Shown: positions 11,125 through 21,128 of the stretch, piece after piece
Layout of the letters: every line of letters starts with the position of its first letter
Numbering within the stretch: the first letter of the stretch is position 1
NCBI GenBank assembly: GCA_036172245.1
Contig: JAYWIR010000002.1
Coordinates: 6,200,001-6,264,000, forward strand
DNA: 64,000 bases
Direction of reading: 5' to 3'
Origin: Raillietiella orientalis
Taxonomy: Eukaryota
The notes under the pieces: model-generated
Database searches by the model: none
Seen by the model: only the letters and a program-made list of their open reading frames with translations
Told to the model about the DNA's origin: nothing
Translations under genes and position numbers: made by a program

Positions 11125-14100
11125 TTCTTTCAATACGCATTCTTATTTTGAATATTCAGTAATTGTTTGCTTAATTTGAATTTGATGATTTTTTTTTTTA
11201 GTGTAATCAATAAAAATTAACGTTATTTGCATGATATTGACCGAATCTGTTGAAGCACCTTCGTTTGCTATGATTTTCTCTTAAGACATGACAAAATAAT
11301 TTGAATCTTCGATTAAAAACATAATATCTTTTCTCATCTTTTCAGATGTCACTATAAAAGATATTAAAACTACTACAATGAAAGCATACGAGTTTCATCA
11401 CGAAAATAGAATATAATTGAAAATAACTATTCAGATTACAAATTGTGTAAGTAAGCACAATATTACATAGAATTTATTGGTTTTAAGTTTGAGTTTGTCA
11501 TGCTTTCAATAAAAGATATCAATTTTCACTTACATATTAAAAAGATATATTTCACTTACGTACACGTTGAAATTGCAGATTACTTATGAGGAGCACCGTT
11601 TACCACTTCCGTGTGTGTGCAGTTCACCCCCCTCTTCCCCCCCCACCCCAAAAAAAAAACACACACACACACACACACACAATTTTGATACGATTCAGTT
11701 GCTAACTAAAAGCCATTTCTTGGTCCACGGTAGGGGCAATTGTGCTTCCCAAAGACGTGTTTCTTCGATCTGTAGAGGATTCCATCAGGGTGACTCCTCG
11801 GGCATTTTCCTCCCGAAATCAGCGCGCTCTCTGCTTTTCGTGAGGTACTTTCTTTGCATAATTCGTCTTTGCTCCTTTTAAATCTTTCTTTTCTTTTTTT
11901 CCTTTCCTTTCTTTTCTCCGCCCCCCTCTTCCTCCTTTCTATCCGTCTGCCTGCCTCCCCCTCCTGCTCCGCTTTTCTGCTCAAAGTCTTTCAAACTTGC
12001 GGAAAACCTGACTTTCGGTGCGATCGCGCCGCCTCCAATGATGGGGGAGAGGGGAGGGGGGAGGGAAGAGGCAGAGACGCGGAGGAGCCGCGAAAGCTTC
12101 GGACCCGTTTGATGGCGGCATTCTCCCCTGCAGAAGTTTCCAATGGCGCTGTTTGTTTGGCTCCCAGCGACGGCGGCGATGTTTACTGTGGTCGTCAGAA
12201 AACTTCAGAGGGGCGTGCACAAATGTTGTGCAAGACGGAATTTTCTGCTCCTTCACGAGGAAAGCCATGCTCGGGAGTGCGTAAACAAGCAGATTTCACT
12301 GGCGGGTGACGTCGAAGCGGAACGCTCTTGTGAATCGGGGCAATTTTGTGTGCGTGTTTTTTTTTTTTTTTTTTTTTCCTCCTCTTCTTCTTCTTCTTCT
12401 TCCCCCCCCGCGCGCCTGAATACGCCAAGCGGAGCACGCACGTTGCCATCACAACGGAACCACTGTGCTCCAGAAACGAAACAAGCGTTGCAACTTGACA
12501 GCTCACCTGGATTCAGAAAACATGGTCTAACAGCAGCACTCTTTAAAGAGACGAAACCATCCTTCAACACGCTGCGTCTCGATTTTTCACTCACTAAAAC
12601 AAGCATTGCCTCCATTACTCAACAACTCTTACTGTGAGACTCGGACGGCAGCAGTCTCCCTGTTTACAGGTACGTCCTGCTGAAGTGAAAGACATGCCCT
12701 CATTTACGAACTCGCGGAAACGAAGACGGAAGAGAATATTTGCTAAGAAAAGTTGTCCCCGTCTCCACGATACCAAAGCAGTAGGATGATATAAAATACG
12801 TATAATCTTGCTACTCTGCTATGTATACGTTGTCACGTAAAATGAAAAGATGAAGGAGCACCACAGTCCCAATCCTTGTGGATTCTCCGATTCGCAAAGC
12901 AAGGAACACACACGTTTCGAGAACACGAGAATATCCGTGCTTGCCCCGGTCGAAACGTAAACGGTCTCATCTGACGTATGGACTATGAGATGACATGCTA
13001 TAGATAAGAGAGTCGTAGATGCCGCACCTCCATGGACATCCTTTCTCATAAACAAACCCTTGTGTTGTAAGAGGACTAAAACTGCAGCCACATACACCAA
13101 GGGGGACTAAAAGAAGAGACCAACATGTCAGGAAAGGAAATGTCACACACTTTTCCGGTGTACGCGTTTCATACGAAATGTCTGGAGCCAACTGGTGCCA
13201 GATTCCGCTTTCGAAATTTCGGCTATCAGAAACGAAAATTTCAAAATTTGCAAGTTCCGTTCCCGGACATTGCTAATTAGTTCCGTGTGGGGATGGGGAT
13301 CAGAGATTATGAAAACAATCGCAGGAGGGAAAAAGTGTGTTCGAGAAGATCAGGGTGGGGGATATCGGGACTGAGTGGGGACAACTGGTCGAACCGAGTG
13401 TGAACCCTTTACCTGAAAAGTTCAGCTTATCTTTGGACAAGATGGTTAGATACCACTTGATTCCTCACTCTGAAAGAAGTTTATGCTTTCAGAGGGAGAA
13501 TGGTGATGACATTTGCGAAGGAATCTGCAAGTTAATTACTCTTCAGTTCTTGGGCCTCGGCTCTTTGATAGCGTGCGTAAGAGTTTCAAGAATACGTTCC
13601 TTCTCTAAGGCAGGGAACTTTATGCCACATAACAGTACAAACAACAAATGGGAGCTCGTATGCGGTCTCCATTTGAAATAAGTTACAGATGGCATCCCCT
13701 TTGTCTTTATTGAAATGAATTTATGATGCTCGCAAGAAAGTGCAGAGCACATCAACCCATAGATTTAGGTAACCCCAAGATGCAATGATGGCATGGATCC
13801 AAATTAATTATTTCAAAAGGATTACATCGCTTCTGCCACAGTATAAGCTGACTCGTGTTTGCTTTTCTTTAAACCTTTTCTTCCTTTCTTTCCTTTCTCT
13901 CTCCTTCCTTTTTTTTTTTTTGGCTTTTCTTTCCGCTGCCGTTTGCGAGATTCCCATCACAATATAAATTGGTTTGCCAAGCATGAGCTTCTTCATCTCT
14001 CACGTAGCAATATGCTTTAATGACCAGATTGTGATATCTAGGTATCCACATCAATAAGTCTACTGTCTTAGTAAGAAAAGTTTACGATTGCAGCAAATAA

Positions 14101-14329
14101 AAGTAAATGAGCTACAGCAAAAAAAAATGAAAAATGTAGCGAAAAATATCTTTGGAATATGGAAAAGCAAAATCCAATATTTGATGTATTCAGCTTCCGA
14201 AACTTAAACTGCAATCGTCTGAGCATCCTTTTTTTAAAATCCTTTTGCGTGAAGTATTAGCTGTCACGGAGTTATCTGGGGATTTTTTTTTCTTTAAAAG
14301 AAAAACCGTACCTGCTTTTTTTTCTTTTT

Positions 14330-16150
14330 GTAAAAAAAGCTAAGTTTAGTATGTGTTATCACTTCATCACAACGCATTCTAAACAGTTTCAATGTAGTCT
14401 AGTTTGGAAGAACTGACTGAAAAAAATGAGGCCTCTTTGCATTATTCAAAGTATGGATTGATACAAAAACTGTTGCTGGAATGGCTCTGGAGAATCCTTC
14501 GCGAATGATGTTTCCTCCGTGTTCTTCACGGTTTCTCGGTGCTCTCTTCCGGGGTGAGAGCATTGTCCAGATCATCTGGTGGGGCTGCATTTTTCCTTCT
14601 TACACGTGATGCATAGATGGTTCTTGAAAAGCAGATGCAGATGGCAACCATCCGCTGCCGTATCCTTATCAGCTTCTTTTTCGGAATTCCTGTGTATTGT
14701 AGAACGTTGTCGTTTTCAGGATCTCATGCTCCAAGTGGGCCGACAAGGATCGCCTGCACTTTGGTTATTTTCCCAGTGTTTCCGAGTTGCATGGCGACAT
14801 CATGGTATCATTGTTTTCCTAGATGTGGCGAACGCCTCCTTTCCGTTTTCAAATGGGCAGGAGATGTCCAGCACACCTACTCGGCCACTTTTTTTCTAAA
14901 ACCAGGTCTGGTTTTAGGGTGGAGGTGGTTCCTGGCACTCTGCGATTACTTGATACCAGAGTCCACTTGGCTTCATCCATTGCGGCCCTCTTGATAATTT
15001 CCAGGATAGCATCATGGCGCAGCATCGTCAGAGGCGCGTGCTTCTTACATCTGTTGAGCACATGTGATAAAGTCTCGTCCTCGGTTCCGCAACGCCGACA
15101 TATCCTTCCATAAACCTTCTTCGTTGGTCCAGCATTTAGGGGCAAAAGGTTGAGTCCTGCCTCATGGATGAACTTGTAGTCTTGGTATCTTAGGAGGATT
15201 CCGTTTGTATGGAAGAAGCTTGAAGAGTGATGCATGCCCACACACTGCATGGCCTTCCCTTGACTAACGTGGTTTTCAATGAGGGATTGCCATGCGTGTT
15301 CTCGCTGCAATGCTCTTACGCCGGAGGCGAGCCGTCTTCTTGCACTGCTGGTGAAGAGTATTTCGTCCACTGTGATTCTGGGTTCTCCTTGTCGAAACTC
15401 CCAGCGGGCTTCTAATCTTCTGAAGGCCACGTCGGAGGTTTTGTGGTTAAGGCTTCCGCGTGTGGCACCATGCGTCGCGGGATCGAATACTCCGACAGAA
15501 ACTGATGCCATTGCGCCGTTGGGTTTCGAGTTTCTCCTGCAATGGCGCTGGTTGGCCGAAACATTCAGGCGTGGCACCGCCCGGAGGCTCCCGATGAAGA
15601 CCGGAACAATGGGAGTCTACCTTCGGGTCCTTCCAGGAATCAAGGAGTGGGGAGTTCCCCCTCCGGTCGTACAACGGAGAGCGGACCTTCCCCACCGGCG
15701 GAACCCCTCCGGTTTCAAGATGGAGCAGGAGCCTTCATAGGCACCTCTCCAGTTGTTTGAAGGAGCGGACCTCCTCTGTTGCGGGGGAGACCCTCTGAGT
15801 CGCCACTTCTACAGAAGAATGCAAGGAATCCCCCTGCGGGAAGCTGCAGCGCCCCTTCTGAATTTCGGAAGCGTCCCTTCGGGTTCTCTTCAGAGGAGCG
15901 AACAGGAGCGGTTTCCTTGCGGGTTCCCTCCGGAGAAGAAATTCCTACTAGAGGATCCTTTCTGGGTTCCCTCCGGAGAGAATGAGGAAGGAGATTCCCT
16001 TCTGGGTTCCCCTTCGGAGACAACCAGGGTGGGAGGTGCGATCCCTCCTCCCCAAAAGTGAAAGGAACGGACCCCGAACCTTTCTGGATTCATAGGGCGG
16101 ACCCGCCTTCTAGGATGCCTCCCCTATCTTGAAGAATAGGATGTCCTTTT
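14330..16150 (-). mobile_element. Decayed, internally deleted R2-superfamily non-LTR retrotransposon (NeSL/Utopia-like, restriction-like endonuclease)
   Basis: Minus strand encodes QGKAMQCV..SSFF..G..LRYQDYKFIHEAGLNLLPLN, the CCHC knuckle CRRCGTEDETLSHVLNRC, RHDAI and the RLE motif KPDLVL. After a frameshift in the T7 run at 14889-14895 it continues VLDISCPFENGKEAF, then after another frameshift ILVGPLGA*DPENDNVL (W to stop at 14724-14726) and SRTIY, with a stop at 14526. No YADD/RT motifs. Outer boundaries are approximate. Confidence 0.9.
15870..16020. repeat. About 40-43 bp degenerate tandem repeat (4 units) inside the retroelement 5' region
   Basis: Core gggttccctccggaga at 15921 and 15964, with variants at 15881 and 16004. 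Confidence 0.75.
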
Positions 16151-16330
16151 CCCAAAAAGGCATTAAAAGCTTCGAAGAGACTCGTGAATGTCAAGATTTA
16201 TCAACCTTCCCAGTAGCGAACTAATCAGTCACGGATGGTCTGTTTTGCCATTTTCAAAGATTTATGAGTGGCTCAAATAAAAGTATGGTCACCACATGAA
16301 GTTTCCAATCTCTGATGCCTCTTCATCTCT

Positions 16331-16955
16331 TCATCTAGTGTTGCTAGCATCTTTTTGAAAGTATCGATGGATTTTCTCGATGACCGCCCACGCAACAGCC
16401 TTTAGACTCATCTTTTCTGAAACACACGCACACATGAGGAACAGTCAGGATAGTCCTTAATCTTAAGGGTTTCTTTTCACAAACCTCGTTCGTGTCTTGC
16501 AGAGAAATATGGGCGCCCAGAAGAGAGAGACTTTTGGCCCAACTTCTTTGTGAACAGTTTCAGTATACCCACTGCCCTACGGTTGAGCTGAAAACCAATA
16601 AATAAATGATAATCTCAATACCCAATAAATAAACTCAATAAGTAATCCGTTTTTTTATTAAGCAAGGGCTTCGAGTCTCGTGGAAGCATCCTTGGAACTA
16701 TAACCGCCTTCACGAAACGTATGGAAAACAATGTACATGAAAAGAGGAAAAAAATTTTTTTTTTTTTAGTCTTTTGATGGTTACAAAACTAGAGCAGGTC
16801 GTCCTGGAAACAAGAAATTCGGGTGAGCGGTTGTTGGTTGTCAGAAGATGAATTTACATCATAAAATATATTCAAGGAAGCTTCGATGTCCATGCTAAGC
16901 TTACCCTACCGAGTGTTATTAATTCTGTTAGTAGGGGAGTCAACTGTAGTAGCAT
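16331..16955 (-). CDS. Candidate 79-aa three-exon small protein divergent from CTDP1 (16905-16955, 16485-16587, 16331-16416)
   Basis: ATG..AGG|gtaagc, ttggttttcag|..GAG|gtttgt and gtgtttcag|..TGA give one open frame: MLLQLTPLLTELITLGR-LNRRAVGILKLFTKKLGQKSLSSGRPYFSARHER-EKMSLKAVAWAVIEKIHRYFQKDASNTR*. No family recognised. Confidence 0.4.
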
Positions 16956-17712
16956 TCAAGGGTTTTTGTGTTCGGGTTCCGAAAGTGCAACCGAATCTAC
17001 TCTCAAGTAACTATCAAAGGTATTTCAGCTTCTTATTAGTTGCAAAGTTTCCCCAAAACCGAATTTCGAAGGTGTTCGGATGAAATGTTCACAATCTCAG
17101 TAAAGTCGAGTGGCTTCCGAAAGATTTTTTTTTTCCCCCAATGGTTATGAAATTTTCACTGGGCATATTTTTAAGCGTCCTTATTTTTCCTTTTCGGAAA
17201 AAGGCAGGAAAAAAAAAAAAAAATCTGTTCTGTATGTAGATCTGGAAATCTCGGAAGCACTTTGGGAAATGTACGAAATTATAAAGAGGTGCGCATTCAC
17301 GCACGTACGCATACGCAGGCAGATACTTATAAATATATATTCGCACACGTACACAAACATATACATATCTATGTATACGTAGTACGCACACACATGCGTC
17401 CACCCACGCACGCACACACACACACACACATGCTGATTTGCACGAATGTCCGACTCGAAAAAAAAAAAAACTGTGTCTTATTATACTTATTACTGATTAG
17501 GACACTCATCGTTTTGGTCAGTGACGCCTGAAATATTGAAATGCATTTGAAGCCTGTAAAGATTAATTGTAAACTAGAGTAGATGCAGTTCAGCGTCCAA
17601 AAAGTGCACAGGGTTTTGTAAAATCAATATTTTACTCACTCACACAATTTTCACCGAAGTAGTGTGGTTTTTTTGTTATCGAAGCACGTGCAGAAATTTA
17701 TAGGATGCTGCA

Positions 17713-20543
17713 ATGAATTTCAAAATTCATATGACAGGAGAGGAAACTGTGAAAGTTACAAATGTGAAAGTGAAAACAAATTCAAGAATAACCCTAGGAC
17801 AGACTCTGTTTACATATCAAAGCTTGGGAAGTAATCAAAGTTCTGGTGAAAATAAAAAGTTCAAGTCTCACAAAGTGGGAACAGTTGTTGAAATACACAT
17901 TAAGGAAGATGATATTATCACATCCGGGTAGGTTGCACATTATTGTTAAGGTCAAAGTGTTGATTACATGGGTGCCAGCACAGGCATACCATGTGAATCA
18001 GCTTTGAAATTTTGAGTTGCTCAATTTGTGTTTCAGAAATGCACTATTTACCATTCAGTCATGTAGTCATCCGACTGTCATGAAAGAAATGTGTGCTGAG
18101 TGCGGAGCTGATTTGAGAGAATGTTCAGTAAATGGCAAGAGGGAAGGATTCACTGCCTGTGTTCCCATGGTTCATAGTGTACCTGAATTAGTTGTAAGTT
18201 CTGAGGTACGTGTGATCCTTTATCAAAAACCCAAAGACTTGCTGTTGATTTATTGTGCTTTTGTTGCAATGGTGCAGCATTCAGTCATTTTGAAATTGTA
18301 CTCATACATTTTAAATTAGTAGCAAGCTCAAGTGTTGGGTAAAGCAGATGAAGAACGGTTACTGAAATCACGAAAGTTGGTTCTTCTAGTGGATTTGGAT
18401 CAAACCTTGATTCACACTACCAATGATGATGTTTCAGACATTAAGGTATTATTTACCAAAAAATACTTTGGATTTATAACCCAGAAATTGTGTGAGCAGT
18501 CTTTTTTTGGAATATTACAAGGATTTTGGTGACTTGCTTTTTCATTAATTTTTTTTTTCTATAAGTTCCCTGGTGTGTCAGTATGTTTTGAAAATGTCGC
18601 ACGTCATAAATAAATGGTGTTCATCCAGGGAATTTATCTAATAAGAAAGTGGCACAGTTTTAGATTGATCACCTCAGTGATTGTGGAATTTTGTTCATTA
18701 TTAGAAATAAATTCGGGGAAAACTGAAATGAAGGCACAGAGTAATGCATTTTAGCATGACCCTATTTCTCTAGATTGTCAAACACTTTGGAGAATATGTA
18801 CTTATCCTATAAAACTCTTTATCTCAATATTTTTTGTTGCCATGTAGATTGGAGAAAGTTTTTTTTTTATTCAAATACCATTGCTGGTTTGAGAAAAACA
18901 TACTTATGGCAGCTCTTTTCAGGATGTATTCCACTTTCAATTGTATGGACCTCACTCTCCCTGGTATCACACAAAGTTGCGTCCCTATACCCAGCATTTT
19001 TTGCAGGAGATTAGCAAGTTATATGAGCTGCACATTTGTACCTTTGGTGCTCGGAGATATGCACATAAGATTGCCTCCATTTTAGATCCAGATGGAAAAT
19101 ATTTTTCCCATCGCATTCTTTCTAGAGATGAATGCTTTCATCCAAATTCCAAAACAGCCAACCTAAAGTAACGTGCAAGCTTTATGATAATATGTGTAAC
19201 AGTTGTCTGTAGATCCTTGTTTCCATGTGGAGAAAGGCTGGTCTGCATCATTGATGATCGGGAAGATGTGTGGAACTATGCCACAAACTTAGTTCATGTC
19301 AAACCTTATCACTTTTTTCAACACACAGGAGACATCCATGCCCCTCCTGGGCTCTCAAAGTGGGAAGATGATGAGATGGGTGGATACTCCAGCCAAGAAA
19401 ATGAATCTTCTAGTCAGTTACAGGAGGTCTCAGTGCAACAGCAGAATGTAGAAAGTGAGGGAGAGAGACCCCAGTTGAGTGCTGATCTGCAAGATCAGGA
19501 AGACTATTTGCTACACTTGGAAGATATCCTTAAGACTATCCATAAGGCATTCTATGATCTTCTTGATCAGTTAAAAGAGGAGAACAAAAATGAAGTTCCT
19601 GATCTTAAAATGGTTATTCCTTATGTGAGACGCAAGGTGTTGCAAGGTGTTACTGTTGTGTTCAGTGGTGTGGTACCCACCAATGTAGCCCTGGAACAAA
19701 GCCGTCCCTATGGTATTGCCCGGAGCTTGGGTGCCAATGTATCTGATCGGATAGTCTTTAAAAAAGTGGACAATACGGACTTGGTGACAACTCATGTGGT
19801 GGCAGCAAAACTGGGTACTGCCAAAGTCAATGAAGTGCGGAAGCATCCAGACATCCACCTTGTCACTCCAGATTGGTTGTGGATGTGTGCAGAGCGATGG
19901 GAACATGTGGATGAACGGCTATATCCGCTGGGCAAAGAGGGCCCTATAACTAGAGTACCACCATCTCACTGCTTTAGTGCTGACATTAGTGGCAGAGGGA
20001 AAGTGTTGGGCAACAAGGAAATTCAAGAAGAAGTGCCCTCAACCAGTGTGTTTCACAAATACGATCCCAAAACAGGAAAGAGAATCAGAGGTGTTACTTT
20101 ACAAAGAGATGGTGCAAGCCATTCCTATACTGAGCCAGCCATTGCTGCAGACTCAGCAGAAGGAAACAGGGTAATGGCTCCTACTTATCGACACAGTAGT
20201 GACAGTTTTGTGGATTCATACAATCCTTTGTTGGCCTTATCATCTGCTGAGATTGCTAGCATGGATCAGGAGGTGGAGAGCATTTGTCAAGAAAGTGATA
20301 GTGACTCTGATGATGCACCACCTAAAGATTCTGTATCAGGTACTGACAAATTCTGTGAAGATCCTTTCTGATAGTTTTGCAGACAGGGGCAAAAAAAGAA
20401 CGTGGAGTGGAGATAGCAGCAGTTCTGATAGTGATGAGTCCAGTCAGCAAGGTATTTTGCAAACATCAGGTGAGCAAGAGGAAGATGCCCGTTGGAACGA
20501 CATGGGTGCTGCTTTGGAGCGAGAATTCCTGCAGAATAACTGA
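17713..20543 (+). CDS. CTDP1: RNA polymerase II CTD phosphatase FCP1. Exons 17713-17927, 18037-18205, 18323-18445, 18923-19167, 19213-20339, 20383-20543
   Basis: CSHPTVMKEMCAECGADL, catalytic LVLLVDLDQTLIHT, FSHRILSRDEC, IIDDREDVW, BRCT domain (VVFSGVVPT..THVVAAKLGTAKV..VTPDWLWMC), and an acidic C-terminus ending DMGAALEREF (TFIIF-binding-type helix). Junctions keep frame. Confidence 0.97.
18561..18637 (+). other. Intronic inverted repeat (13-bp stem) in the long third intron of CTDP1
   Basis: ataagttccctgg (18561-18573) pairs with ccagggaatttat (18625-18637) with one G-U pair. Confidence 0.6.
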
Positions 20544-20579
20544 CAGATCGTTGGTTTGATAAAACTGTTTACTGTGACA

Positions 20580-21128
20580 TTACACAGCATAATCATCAGT
20601 ATCTCTAGCATCGTATTTGATGTATGTGGGTCGGTAGGTTCTATCTTTTTTAGTGCTACCACGCGGTGGAGCATTTTCATACTTGAATCCTCCTCCTCCA
20701 CCAATCAGCTCTGCAATCTTTTCCAAATGAGCCCTAAAATGTAAATGAGAAAGGCATTTTTCCCATGCTCCACTCTTACCTATATTGTGTGCCACATGTT
20801 TTCTCATTTGTGACAGGATCTGTGATATCACCATAAGGATAGATAACATCTTCTACCTTATAAGTAATACTTTTAGATATCTTCTGATCAAGCTTTCTAA
20901 TCAAAATGATGTCACCTGGCTTGCATTGTTCCTTTGGATCATGAGCATAAAAAATATCATGCCTAGGGAAATACTACATCACACACATGTGCACTGGAAC
21001 AGTCATTGCCAACTCACTGCACAAAGATAATTATTCAATTCCATGCTTGTAACCTGAACTTGAACTGCATACTTTAAATTAGATGCTAGCACTTGACCAA
21101 GTAAAACTGTGTTTTTTATAAGGCTCAT
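20580..21128 (-). CDS. MRPS17: Mitochondrial ribosomal protein S17 (uS17m), 152 aa. Exons 21018-21128, 20780-20973, 20580-20733
   Basis: Spliced translation MSLIKNTVLLGQVLASNLKYAVQVQVTSMELNNYLCA-YFPRHDIFYAHDPKEQCKPGDIILIRKLDQKISKSITYKVEDVIYPYGDITDPVTNEKTCGTQYR-AHLEKIAELIGGGGGFKYENAPPRG..TYIKY..DDYAV*. Carries the uS17 AHD..C..GD.VLI signature and GDITDP. Donors are gtgagt and gtaaga; introns are 44 and 46 nt. Confidence 0.95.

Noticed and set aside
13300..13800. Possible L1/Tx1 LINE remnant on the minus strand (LGLPKSMG*)
   Set aside because: A single short motif in stop-ridden frames is insufficient for a call.
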